From a virus, in the IMG/VR virus record IMGVR_UViG_3300010263_000119: a stretch of DNA of 64,000 nucleotides, one strand, 5' to 3'. Positions 19,327 to 28,978 of the stretch are shown here, one piece after another. The notes below the pieces were generated by a model. The model searched no databases. It worked only from the letters and a program-made list of their open reading frames with translations, and was not told where the DNA came from. Each line of letters begins with the position of its first letter. Within the stretch, counting starts at the first letter, position 1. Made by a program: the position numbers and the translations under genes.

Positions 19327-20536
19327 CACCTCCGTTCTGTGCGGCGTTTTTGGCACTTACCATGTTACCGTTTACAAGGTAGAGATCACCACCCTGATCT
19401 TCAGGGATGGGGTTCATATCCTCCAGCTCCCTTATGTCGTTTGCGGAGAACCAGCCGTTCTGCCTGCCTATGGCGTAGCCGTTCATGCGTGTTGCAAAAT
19501 CGCCGCGTAAAAGCCCGTCGACATTGAATTTTGTAAAGTATTCCTTGCGCTCGTACTCGTTTAAAAGGCATAAATTAAAGGCCTGCTCCAAACGAACAAG
19601 CCATGGCCTTAATGTATGAACCACATAATCTATGGATTGATGTTCAATGTTGCTGAAGGTTGAGCGTGCCAGGTCGCCGACAAGATGTGGCGGCACCCTG
19701 AATATCCTGCAAATTTCATTAAGCTGAAACTGCCTTGTCTCCAAAAACTGCGCGTCTTTTTGGGGAAGGCCGATTTCATGGTACTTCATGCCTTCCTCAA
19801 GGACGGCAATTTTATGTGAATTGTGCGCACCTTTGTATACTGCTTCCCATGACTCTCGGACCTTGCTCGGATCCTTTAAAGTACCGGGATGCTCCAACAC
19901 GCCGCCGGGACGGGCGCCGTTTGCAAAGAATTTATTGCCGTAAACCTCGGTTGCTTTTGCAAGGCCTATGGCTTCCCTTGCCACGCTGATGGGTGACAAA
20001 CCTGTAATGCCGTCAAAACCGATACCGCCAATATGCAAAACCTGATCCTTCTTTAAAGTGAAAGTTGCTCCCTTATCGTTTGTGTAGAGATATACCCGCT
20101 CGTAGTTTTGGTCTTTAACAACAGACATACGGGATGATAAAAGTGGATGCAGGCTTACAACCTGACCATGCTTGTTTCGTATTATTTGAGCATAAGCATT
20201 TCCCCATAAAAGCAGGTTTGTCATCATTGCCTCTTTAAATGCAAAAGCCGTCATCTCCTCGTTGGGACTGTCGTGTATAAGATAATATAGCGGATGATCT
20301 ACGGCTTTTTCTTTGCCGCGGGGCAGGCGTTTGTATAAGGCTAATGGCAGGCTTGCAATATCCTCCGCGATTACCCTAACACAAGCAAACACACCGCTTA
20401 CCGATATGGAGTTTTCCTCCGACACATATATCCCTGATAACGACAGGTTGCCGTCAATGTCCTCGCCTTTAATAAAATCTGCATACCGTTTCGACATGTC
20501 GTTCTTTATTTTTCTGTTCTTATTAAACCATTTCAA
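19310..20536 (-). CDS. Portal protein (HK97 family)
   Basis: LLLWGNAYA, GLSPI, FLETRQF..EICRIFRVPP; probable TTG start at 20536. Confidence 0.95.
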   Translation of the reverse strand: MKWFNKNRKIKNDMSKRYADFIKGEDIDGNLSLSGIYVSEENSISVSGVFACVRVIAEDIASLPLALYKRLPRGKEKAVDHPLYYLIHDSPNEEMTAFAFKEAMMTNLLLWGNAYAQIIRNKHGQVVSLHPLLSSRMSVVKDQNYERVYLYTNDKGATFTLKKDQVLHIGGIGFDGITGLSPISVAREAIGLAKATEVYGNKFFANGARPGGVLEHPGTLKDPSKVRESWEAVYKGAHNSHKIAVLEEGMKYHEIGLPQKDAQFLETRQFQLNEICRIFRVPPHLVGDLARSTFSNIEHQSIDYVVHTLRPWLVRLEQAFNLCLLNEYERKEYFTKFNVDGLLRGDFATRMNGYAIGRQNGWFSANDIRELEDMNPIPEDQGGDLYLVNGNMVSAKNAAQNGGDENNA

Positions 20537-20555
20537 AGTGCCACCTCCTGTCATG

Positions 20556-20608
20556 TCGGAACAATATCAATGCTTTCGGAATAATATTTCCGCAAACTTC
20601 GGAACAAT
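20556..20608. repeat. Three direct repeats TCGGAAYAAT in the terL-portal gap
   Basis: Copies at 20556, 20576 and 20599. Confidence 0.8.
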
Positions 20609-20611
20609 GCG

Positions 20612-22219
20612 TCAGATAAATAAAATCCCTCGTTCATCATAGACAGAGGTGCTTGTATCATTGCCGCACCGGATTGCTCTATCAAGAGCCATAATAGTCG
20701 CCACAGCACCGTCAATTTTCTCTGAGCTTTTTTCCTTATCCGGCTTGATGTTGCCCGCCGGGTCGGTGCGGATAAAAATGTTGTCCATCATCCAGCGAAG
20801 TACCGGATGCCCCCCATGCGCTATCTTTTGTTCCAATACCAGCTTCATCAGTTCCTTTGTTGGCGGCGACATATCCTTAAATCCCTGACCGAACGGAACA
20901 ACGGTGAATCCCATACCCTCAAGGTTTTGCACCATTTGAACTGCGCCCCAACGGTCAAAAGCTATCTCACGAATGTTGTACTTTGTGCCAAGCTCCTCTA
21001 TAAACTTCTCAATGAAACCGTAATGCACCACGTTGCCTTCGGTGGTTTTCAAGTATCCTTGTTTTATCCACAAATCATAGTTCACATGGTCACGTTTCAC
21101 TCTTAAGTCCACATTATCTTCAGGTATCCAAAAGTACGGAAGGACAATATATTTATCATCTTCATCCTCCGGCGGAAATACCAATACAAACGCGGTAATA
21201 TCAATACTGCTTGAAAGGTCTAGCCCGCCATAACAAACCCTGCCTTCCAGCATCTTCGGGTCAACCGGAAAAGCACAAGCGTCCCATTTGTCCATAGGCA
21301 TCCAGCGCACGGTCTGTTTTACCCATTGATTTAGGCGAAGTTGGCGGAAGCTGTTCTCCTCCGCGGGGTTTTGCTTGGCGCTTTCACAAGCGGCTTTTAC
21401 TTTGTCTATACCGACGGTGATGCCCAGAGAAGGATTGGCTTTTTTCCATACCTTCGGATCCGTCCAATCATCGTCGGGGTCAGCGCCGAAAATAACCGGA
21501 TAAAAGGTTGGATCGTGCTTTCTGCCATTTAAAATATCCAATGCCTTCTGATGCACCTCATAGCAAATGGAATTGGTGTTGTCCCCGGCAGTGGTGATGA
21601 GAAAATACAGCGGCTGCATCCGTGCATCACCGCTGCCCTTGGTCATAACATCGTATAGCTTTCTGTTGGGCTGGGTGTGCAGCTCGTCAAAAATAACGCC
21701 ATGTGTGTTAAAGCCATGCTTGCTTGCAACGTCCGCGGACAGAACCTGATATGTGCTTTCGGTGGGGATATAAAAAAGCGTTTTTGTGGATTCGGTTATC
21801 TTAACCCGCTTGGATAACGCAGGGGATTTTCTTACCATAGCCATTGCAACATCAAACACAATCCTTGCCTGGTTTTTATCCGAGGCGCAGCTGTACACCT
21901 TCGCGCGCTGTTCTCCGTCGCCGCAGGTTAAAAGCAAGGCAACCGCTGCCGCAAGCTCCGATTTCCCGTTCTTTTTGGGGACTTCAATGTATGCCGTATT
22001 AAATTGCCGGTATCCGTTAGGCTTTAGAATACCAAAAATATCCCGGATAATTTGCTCCTGCCAGTCTATCAGCTCAAAGGGCTTCCCATCCCAAATCCCG
22101 GTGGTATGACGCAGGGCTTGGATAAAGGCAACAGCATAGTCGGCGGCCTCTTTGCAGTAATATGAATCCTTCGCCATAAAGCGCGTTGGAGTGTATTTCT
22201 TTAGTTTCCGTATCATCAC
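20612..22219 (-). CDS. terL: Terminase large subunit
   Basis: VPKKNGKSEL Walker A, IFDELH Walker B, GLDLSS and KIDG nuclease motifs. Confidence 0.96.
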   Translation of the reverse strand: MMIRKLKKYTPTRFMAKDSYYCKEAADYAVAFIQALRHTTGIWDGKPFELIDWQEQIIRDIFGILKPNGYRQFNTAYIEVPKKNGKSELAAAVALLLTCGDGEQRAKVYSCASDKNQARIVFDVAMAMVRKSPALSKRVKITESTKTLFYIPTESTYQVLSADVASKHGFNTHGVIFDELHTQPNRKLYDVMTKGSGDARMQPLYFLITTAGDNTNSICYEVHQKALDILNGRKHDPTFYPVIFGADPDDDWTDPKVWKKANPSLGITVGIDKVKAACESAKQNPAEENSFRQLRLNQWVKQTVRWMPMDKWDACAFPVDPKMLEGRVCYGGLDLSSSIDITAFVLVFPPEDEDDKYIVLPYFWIPEDNVDLRVKRDHVNYDLWIKQGYLKTTEGNVVHYGFIEKFIEELGTKYNIREIAFDRWGAVQMVQNLEGMGFTVVPFGQGFKDMSPPTKELMKLVLEQKIAHGGHPVLRWMMDNIFIRTDPAGNIKPDKEKSSEKIDGAVATIMALDRAIRCGNDTSTSVYDERGILFI

Positions 22220-22301
22220 CGCCTCCTTTATTAAATCTGCTCAAACGAAAAACAGCGCCGCTTTAGACGCTGCTCTGTGATATAACGTATTTTTTATACT
22301 A

Positions 22302-22742
22302 TCAATCCTCCATAGAGTCCGCTACCGCCTTTTTCAGAATTTCCGTATCAAAGCCGGCGGATATATATCCTTCGTAGATAATACTGTAATAATAGCAGCC
22401 GGGCTTCCCGAGCGGTCTGCCTTCATTCATAATGTATGCCATTGCGCTGACCTTTTTGCCGTCCAGGCTAACCTTGAAATTTTCCTTGCGATATAAAAAG
22501 GGGAATCCCTCGTAACGGTCCAGAGCCGCCTCGTCCTCCGGAGTGATTTCCCAAACCAAAACCGGCACGGCTGAACCCTTCCGAGGTTCAATGGTCGCCA
22601 CAGCTCCATCATGCGGCCCGCGGAATAACAACTGCATATTGTTAATCTCGGCTTTTCCCACGACCTTTGCAGTAGGGCAGCGGTGCGCCATTTGCTCAAG
22701 GTTTAGGTTTGAGCCGTATGCTAAATATAGTTTTTTGCTCAT
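22302..22742 (-). CDS. Gamma-glutamylcyclotransferase-like protein
   Basis: YLAYGSNL, LDRYEGFP. Confidence 0.88.
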   Translation of the reverse strand: MSKKLYLAYGSNLNLEQMAHRCPTAKVVGKAEINNMQLLFRGPHDGAVATIEPRKGSAVPVLVWEITPEDEAALDRYEGFPFLYRKENFKVSLDGKKVSAMAYIMNEGRPLGKPGCYYYSIIYEGYISAGFDTEILKKAVADSMED

Positions 22743-22821
22743 TCTGCATTTCTCCTTATATCATTGCTTGTGTTGTGCCAAGGCGGCGCTGCGGCCGCCC
22801 TGTTATTTTATTGTGATTTTA

Positions 22822-23754
22822 TCAGGCTGCCCGAAACCGCCATGCTGCGTTGCCGTCGAGGTGCTTGCAAAGGTGCTCCCGGCAGTTTTTGAACTCGTCG
22901 CCGATAAGCCCTATCCTGTTAAGGTATGTCCTCATCGCAAACTTCTCATTTTCCACCTGCGGCTTCTTGGCGCTGGCGCTCTTTTGCGTCAATGCCTGAT
23001 GATTGAGCGCCAAGGCCAAAACAATGTAGCTTCTTACCTTGCCTGCGTGAAGGGTGCTGTTGAAGCCCCTGAGCTCTACCGTATGATTCCCCGTGAAAAA
23101 GCTGTGTAGGTTGAGAAAATGATATCTGCTTGAATGGTAGTGCCGGCTTGTGCTTTCCATGTAGCCTTCGTACCATAGACTTTCTATCCGGCTCATGGTT
23201 TTTGGCCTTTTGCGGTTTATTTTGCTTACCAAAACCTCATCCATCTTTTTGCAGTAGTGCATTCTCTCCGGCGCTATCTGAAGCGCTTTGTAGAAAAGGT
23301 CGTTCTTGCTCGCTATTATGTTGATAAAGTTTCGAATGCTCCTTACCGTATGGTTTGCTCCGTCAAGATGTATGTGAATCCCGCAGGAGTTGTTTGTGAA
23401 CGCGCCCGCATGCCGCAATTGCCGTATCAGCTCCTGCAATGTGTCAATGTCCTCTCTGTAGGTAAATATGGGGCTGACCAGCTCAACGCTGTAGGATTTG
23501 TCTGTCGGAACCTTGCGCCCGTTTTCTTTTCTTTCGGTTTTAATGCTACCGTCGCTCATAAACTTCCAAATGCGTCCGTCCGCCGCTTTAACCTTGAAGG
23601 TGTCGTAGCTGTCGTAAGCCCGCTCTGTTGTTCCGTTTAAGAAGTCTGCGGCAACCTCCGCCGCCCTTGTGATTCCCGTAAATTCAATCTCAATGCCGAA
23701 TTTTGCTGTTAACATTTTTCTTTGCTCCCTTCCCGTTTTCCTTTTTGCAGTCAC
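22822..23754 (-). CDS. Amidoligase family protein (Amidoligase_2)
   Basis: FGIEIE, ELVSP, CGIHIH, VELRGFN. Confidence 0.88.
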   Translation of the reverse strand: MTAKRKTGREQRKMLTAKFGIEIEFTGITRAAEVAADFLNGTTERAYDSYDTFKVKAADGRIWKFMSDGSIKTERKENGRKVPTDKSYSVELVSPIFTYREDIDTLQELIRQLRHAGAFTNNSCGIHIHLDGANHTVRSIRNFINIIASKNDLFYKALQIAPERMHYCKKMDEVLVSKINRKRPKTMSRIESLWYEGYMESTSRHYHSSRYHFLNLHSFFTGNHTVELRGFNSTLHAGKVRSYIVLALALNHQALTQKSASAKKPQVENEKFAMRTYLNRIGLIGDEFKNCREHLCKHLDGNAAWRFRAA

Positions 23755-23844
23755 ATATTACCGTAGAAACACACTATTATCCAGACAAACTTTCTCATAA
23801 TTTCAACAAGAATAAAGGAGCAAAATTGTGTATATTACAGCGGA

Positions 23845-24069
23845 TTATTTATCAATCTTTCTTATCTCGTCAACTCCATAGACAACGCCTAACAAGCTGC
23901 CACAATCCCAATTTACGAATACTGTGCCGGTATCGTCAATAAAGGATACGGTGCCTTTATCTCCGGGACGCAGTTTGCTGTACGGGTCGTCCATGCGTAC
24001 CAGCGCTACGCGAGTGCCCTCCTTATAATATTTGCGAAGCCGCTTTAATTTTTCGGGATGTATGTTCAT
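23845..24069 (-). CDS. DUF4314-like protein
   Basis: GTRVALVRMDDPY..L.PGDKGTV..IDDTGT..V.WD.GS.LG. Confidence 0.85.
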   Translation of the reverse strand: MNIHPEKLKRLRKYYKEGTRVALVRMDDPYSKLRPGDKGTVSFIDDTGTVFVNWDCGSLLGVVYGVDEIRKIDK

Positions 24070-24398
24070 CTGTTACCCTCCTTGCTCGGCAAATACGCCG
24101 CCCACTTGGGAAAAACTTCACCTTCGGACATGACAAGCACTCCGTCGGTTCTGCCTTTTTGCATTACGAAAATACAATGCCACACTCCGTCATTGTCTAT
24201 CCGGCAAAGCTGCATATATTTTTCAATAAACCATCTGTCAACACACAGGTCGGTTATAAAGTTTTCGTAGTCAATTTTTCCAAGCTCAATTTCTTGTTCG
24301 ATTTTGTACGGCTTGCGCTGTTTCGGAAGGTGAGGACGCATTAAATCTTCAATTCTGAAAGGGTATTTAACAAAGAAGGCGGTGGGAAGTTTATTCAT
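24066..24398 (-). CDS. Conserved phage hypothetical protein
   Basis: DYENFITDL...DGVWHCIFV...GVLVMSEG; intact ORF coupled to neighbours. Confidence 0.65.
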   Translation of the reverse strand: MNKLPTAFFVKYPFRIEDLMRPHLPKQRKPYKIEQEIELGKIDYENFITDLCVDRWFIEKYMQLCRIDNDGVWHCIFVMQKGRTDGVLVMSEGEVFPKWAAYLPSKEGNR

Positions 24399-25056
24399 CT
24401 ACATCCACCGCCTTATCAATATTTTGTTTTACTCCCTTAAAAGCCGCTTGACCGGTGAGGTTTTTTAACAGCACTTTGCGGGCTTCCTTATATTCATCCC
24501 CAATAAAACCCAAGCGAAGCAGAAAGCACCTGAATGCGTATTTTTCGTTTTCCGCTTCCTTGGCAGTTGCATTGACACGCTTTAAGTTTTTCGCCAATGA
24601 AACCAAATGCGCTATAAAATGTGTATAGGCGCTGATTTCCTCCGGTGCGGGCAAGCGCATAAACCACGGGAAACTGATTTTTTCATCCGTAACAGTAATA
24701 TCAAGTGTTTCAGAACCAAGAGCCTTTTGAATCAGTTTTCCTTTGTTCAGGATGATCTGCCTGAGGTTTTCAATTGCCGCATCACTGATGCCTTCCCGAG
24801 GCAATTCAATCACGAAGCTGTCCGGGATAACACATTCAAAGCCACGAGACCGCATTCCGTCAATAATTTTGTCTACACATTCTTGACCGGTGTTTTCGCC
24901 AAACAAAACTGTCCCTTGCTTGTCGATGAGATTATCTCCAACTTGATAGGAGAAGGAAGGAGGCCCGAGATACTTAGGTTTCACTTCCAGCATTTCGCCA
25001 AGTGCCTGTACCAAAGCCTTCCGTCTTTCGCCCGTAACATTAAACCTAACTTCCAT
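24391..25056 (-). CDS. Conserved phage protein (commonly annotated 'virulence-related') sharing its C-terminal domain with the amidoligase
   Basis: ENEKYAFRCFLLRLGFIGDEYK. Confidence 0.75.
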   Translation of the reverse strand: MEVRFNVTGERRKALVQALGEMLEVKPKYLGPPSFSYQVGDNLIDKQGTVLFGENTGQECVDKIIDGMRSRGFECVIPDSFVIELPREGISDAAIENLRQIILNKGKLIQKALGSETLDITVTDEKISFPWFMRLPAPEEISAYTHFIAHLVSLAKNLKRVNATAKEAENEKYAFRCFLLRLGFIGDEYKEARKVLLKNLTGQAAFKGVKQNIDKAVDVDE

Positions 25057-25121
25057 ATCTGTACCACCTTTCTTTTTTTGGTAGGTACATATATTACTCT
25101 AAACCTGTGATATTGCAAGAG

Positions 25122-26351
25122 TTATTTGTTAATTTCCCGGGCTTTTTCATAGCATATTTTCTCGCCATCACGCAGTAAATAAATACCCTCATCAAAGCCC
25201 TTAAACACCCGGAACCTTTCCACAATCACATCAACATACTTTTCGTCAAGCTCGATTGTATGGCAGACCCGTCCCGTCTGTTCACAGGCAATAAGGGTGC
25301 TTCCGCTGCCGCCGAAGGGGTCAAGCACTATGCTGTTTGACAAGCTGCTGTTAACAATCGGATATGCGACCAACGCCACGGGCTTCATAGTAGGATGGTA
25401 CTTGCTCTTTGAAGGCCTATCGAAATTCCATGTTGTTCTCTGCTTGCGGTCTGCATACCACTGATGTCCCGCAGTCGGCTTCCAGCCCATAAGGATAGGT
25501 TCGTGGTTGTACTGGTAAGCGCAACGGCCGAGCACAGGCGTATTCTTTACCCAGATGCAGGTTTGATGGCAGAAAAAACCCGCCTCGGAAAAGGCGGTTC
25601 TAAAATTAACAGTCTCACGGTCTGCATGGAATACATAAATGCTCCCGCCGTCAGCAAGGTTTTCATACATACATTTAAAAGCCGAAAGCAAAAATTCGTG
25701 AAACTTTTTGCTTTCCATGTTATCATTTTTGATGGTACCGGCAGTGCCCTCATAAGCCACATTGTATGGAGGGTCGGTGACAATAAGGCTTGCCTTTTGG
25801 CCTTCCATCAGCATGGAGTAGGTTTCGGGCTTTGTGCTGTCTCCGCAGATTAGCTTGTGCCTCCCCAGAAGCCATATATCGCCCTGCCGGGATATAGGCT
25901 TTTCGGGCGGCGGCTTGTCAAAACCGTCCTCTTTTACGCCGGATACCACACTGTCCCGAAACAGTATATCAATTTCATCCGCATCAAAACCGGTGAGTGA
26001 CACATCAAAACCGCTGTCATTAATATCCTTTAACAAATCTGTAAGAAGCGGTATGTCAAATTCACCTGTAATTTTATTGAGGGCCACATTCAGCGCTTTT
26101 TCCTTCTGCTCGTCAATATCAAGCACTACGCAGTCAACTTCCTTGTACCCCAATTCCAGCAAAACCTTGTACCGCTGGTGGCCTCCCACAATGTTGCCTG
26201 TACGCTTGTTCCAAATAATCGGCTCAACGTAGCCGAACTCGGTTATAGAGCGTTTCAGCTTTTCGTATTCTGGATCTCCGGGTTTCAGATTTTTGCGAGG
26301 ATTGTATTTTGCGGGATTTAATTCTTTTACAGGTATTTTACGTATATCCAT
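25122..26351 (-). CDS. ParB-N domain plus DNA methyltransferase (N6/N4 family, DPPY)
   Basis: GGHQR ParB motif; TDPPY, HPTMKP, DPFGGSGS. Confidence 0.9.
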   Translation of the reverse strand: MDIRKIPVKELNPAKYNPRKNLKPGDPEYEKLKRSITEFGYVEPIIWNKRTGNIVGGHQRYKVLLELGYKEVDCVVLDIDEQKEKALNVALNKITGEFDIPLLTDLLKDINDSGFDVSLTGFDADEIDILFRDSVVSGVKEDGFDKPPPEKPISRQGDIWLLGRHKLICGDSTKPETYSMLMEGQKASLIVTDPPYNVAYEGTAGTIKNDNMESKKFHEFLLSAFKCMYENLADGGSIYVFHADRETVNFRTAFSEAGFFCHQTCIWVKNTPVLGRCAYQYNHEPILMGWKPTAGHQWYADRKQRTTWNFDRPSKSKYHPTMKPVALVAYPIVNSSLSNSIVLDPFGGSGSTLIACEQTGRVCHTIELDEKYVDVIVERFRVFKGFDEGIYLLRDGEKICYEKAREINK

Positions 26352-26352
26352 T

Positions 26353-27651
26353 TCACACCTCCAGCTTTACGGCAGTTTCGCCTGTGAAGCTCTCCCAGCG
26401 TTTTATAATCAGGTCGCAATATACTGGAGAAATCTCCATTGCATAGCATCGGCGTTCGGTTTGCTCGCAAGCAATAAGGGTAGTGCCGCATCCGGCGAAC
26501 GGCTCCAAAACTATGCCGCCACGGTCGCTGTGCATCTTAATGCACCTCCAAGGCAGCTCCACCGGAAACATGGCAGGGTGTTCCTTGTTTGCACGCACCG
26601 TAGCAATCTCCCAGATGCCCGCATATCCCCATTTCTTTCGCTCCTCTTTAGTCAGACGCTTTACAAACTTATATGCATGCCCGGCAAATGCGGATACCCA
26701 TTCATATTCCTGATCGTTGTATTCCTCCGTTTCCTGTCCTGCAAAGGCCGACACATACTCGTACTGCTGAACGGGCTTGTTGGTTACCAGATGATATGGC
26801 GCATTGCCGAAATTCATGCCTTGCTTTTTCCATATGCGTATCCATATGGGCCTAAAGCCATTGTCATTGAACATTCCAATGCTGTACATTTGCGTTGGTT
26901 CAATGAACTGCGTTCCGGTGGCAAATAAATCTCCGATGTTCCAGCATACAACATCTGCGTGCTTGCATATGTTCTTTATTGCAGGGCGCATGGTTTCAAA
27001 CCAAGGCTCAATGCCCGCTTTCTCATATTCCTTGCCCACGCCATAGGGAGGAGATGTCACAGCACACTGCGCATGGGCTCCGTCCATAAGACGTGCAAAA
27101 TCCTGCTCCGATGTAGAATCGCCGCAAAGCAGGCGGTGATTTCCCAAAATCCATATATCTCCGGGCTTGGTTCGTGTCTCGCCGGAAGCTTCAATCGTTT
27201 CTTTTTCCTTATCAACGTCAAAGTCGTCCTGCACCGCTTCCTTGGAGTAAAACTTGTTTAAAAGCGCATCCACCTCATCGGCGTCAAATCCGGTAATCGA
27301 TACGTCAAAGCTGGTAGCCTCAAAGTCCGCCATAATAGCGGCCAGCTTGCTTTCGTCCCACTCACCTTGAATTTTGTTTAAAGCAAGGTTTAATGCTTTT
27401 TCCCGCTGCTCGTCTAAATCCACAACCACACAATCAATTTCCGTATGACCTAAATCAAGCAAAACCTTCAGCCGCTGGTGTCCGCCGACCACATTCCCGG
27501 TTTGTTTGTTCCAGATGACCGGTTCAACATAACCGAACTCGGAAATGGAGCGTTTCAGCTTTTCGTACTCTTTATCTCTCGGCTTTAAATCCTTGCGGGG
27601 ATTGTATATAGCCGGGTTCAACTTCGCCGCCGGTATTTTCTCAATCAACAA
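26353..27651 (-). CDS. ParB-N domain plus DNA methyltransferase (SPPY, probably N4-C)
   Basis: GGHQR; TSPPY, HPAMFP, EPFAGCGT. Confidence 0.9.
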   Translation of the reverse strand: MLIEKIPAAKLNPAIYNPRKDLKPRDKEYEKLKRSISEFGYVEPVIWNKQTGNVVGGHQRLKVLLDLGHTEIDCVVVDLDEQREKALNLALNKIQGEWDESKLAAIMADFEATSFDVSITGFDADEVDALLNKFYSKEAVQDDFDVDKEKETIEASGETRTKPGDIWILGNHRLLCGDSTSEQDFARLMDGAHAQCAVTSPPYGVGKEYEKAGIEPWFETMRPAIKNICKHADVVCWNIGDLFATGTQFIEPTQMYSIGMFNDNGFRPIWIRIWKKQGMNFGNAPYHLVTNKPVQQYEYVSAFAGQETEEYNDQEYEWVSAFAGHAYKFVKRLTKEERKKWGYAGIWEIATVRANKEHPAMFPVELPWRCIKMHSDRGGIVLEPFAGCGTTLIACEQTERRCYAMEISPVYCDLIIKRWESFTGETAVKLEV

Positions 27652-27675
27652 GCGCTGTCACCTCCGTATTTATTC

Positions 27676-28218
27676 TTAACCACCGCGCCTTGCCGACAGA
27701 AGTCTTTCCATCACGTCGTCGTGGGGATTTGTACCTTGATAGTCGGTGGTGCAGTTTTCTTTAACTATTTGATAAATTTGGAACCATAGATTGTTTGCTT
27801 GCTTCATAAAGTTTTGGCTCATTGCCACATAGGGCGACGGTATTGCATTGCCGGTTGTGGGGTGTTTAGCCAAAAAGCCGTATTCGGAAATAGCTTCCTC
27901 GCACTGTATCCAGCGGGAAACACTCATGGCATACTGTTCAAGCATCTGCGGTGGAATATATTGAGCGCAGCCCCGTTCATGAAGCCAGCTCCAAGTCTTT
28001 TGAAAAACATCTACGGCTATGAGCTCTTTTCCGTTTTTCTGCGGCGCGGACAAATATTCCCGCGGCTCGGGCATTGTTTCTCCGTTAAGATTGGCCGTAT
28101 CGGTAAATTCGATAACAGTTAGTTTACGGTGGCCGGGATTGCCTTCATTAACCTTGTCTATCAAAGCCTTTTTCTTTTGACCTGCACCGATGCGTGCGCC
28201 GCCATGTCCGTTTGCCAT
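27676..28218 (-). CDS. terS: Terminase small subunit (P27 family)
   Basis: GGARIGAGQKKK, EQYAMSVSRWIQCE, HPTTG..IPSPYV; probable start 28218. Confidence 0.9.
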   Translation of the reverse strand: MANGHGGARIGAGQKKKALIDKVNEGNPGHRKLTVIEFTDTANLNGETMPEPREYLSAPQKNGKELIAVDVFQKTWSWLHERGCAQYIPPQMLEQYAMSVSRWIQCEEAISEYGFLAKHPTTGNAIPSPYVAMSQNFMKQANNLWFQIYQIVKENCTTDYQGTNPHDDVMERLLSARRGG

Positions 28219-28253
28219 ATGCTTCACCTGCCTTTCAAAATGTCGGGGTATAT

Positions 28254-28341
28254 CACCCTCTTGAAACCGCGATTTCTCACGCGAAGCCCCGCGCCCGATC
28301 TTCATCGCGCAATTTGTAGGTTTTCAGACCCCCCTACCCCC
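28254..28341 (-). other. Putative cos (packaging) region, copy 1
   Basis: GC-rich segment between HNH and terS (usual cos position), with G-run and CGGGCGCGGGGC. Confidence 0.7.
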
Positions 28342-28687
28342 AGCGGTCGCCGCTTTTTGCTGTAATGCTGCTGTGGCACGTTTTGCACAGACTCATGAGA
28401 TTGTCATCATCATGCGTTCCGCCTTTGGACAGGGGAATGATATGGTGTACTTCCTCTGCCGGAGTCAACCTGTTATTCTTAAAACATTCCTCGCACAACG
28501 GATGTGCCTTTATATACCTGTCCCTTATGCATTTCCACGCCCTGCCGTAACGTTTGCGGTGCTCGGGATTGCGTTGGTATTTGTTGTATTGTTTGTCCGT
28601 CAGCTTTTGATGTTCTTCGCAGTACCTTCCGTCGGTAAGTCTCGGACATCCCGGGTAAGAGCACGGCCGCTTTGGCTTTTTTGGCAT
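28334..28687 (-). CDS. Packaging-associated HNH endonuclease
   Basis: KRPCSYPGC, HPLCEEC, HHIIPLSKGG, NLMSLCKTCH. Confidence 0.93.
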   Translation of the reverse strand: MPKKPKRPCSYPGCPRLTDGRYCEEHQKLTDKQYNKYQRNPEHRKRYGRAWKCIRDRYIKAHPLCEECFKNNRLTPAEEVHHIIPLSKGGTHDDDNLMSLCKTCHSSITAKSGDRWG

Positions 28688-28713
28688 CTATCCACCTCCT
28701 TCGGAAAAAAGAA

Positions 28714-28978
28714 AAGCCATTACAGGATGCGCTCTCCCGCAATGGCTTGTGTTTATACTATTTCTGCAAGTATATCATAACACAACAGTCATAGTAGAAA
28801 ATAGTAGAATTTACTGTACACTTTTTTGCATAATTCAAATATTACTAGATGTCAAGTCGATTTTGTCACAGGAAAGCCACCGCAGGATTTTATTCCCGCG
28901 ATGACTAATCTTTTTTCTATTTTTGCAAGTATATCATAGCACAATGGACATAGTAGAAAACAGTAGAATTTACTGTAC
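28714..28978 (-). promoter_or_regulatory. Tandemly duplicated late promoter plus hairpin unit
   Basis: 55-bp repeats 28765-28819 and 28924-28978 (50/55 identical) with TTCTACT x2 and TG-TATGAT; hairpins 28714-28748 and 28875-28906. Confidence 0.75.

Noticed and set aside
20556-20608. CRISPR mini-array
   Set aside because: Repeats are only 10 bp with 10-13-nt gaps; no cas genes in the window
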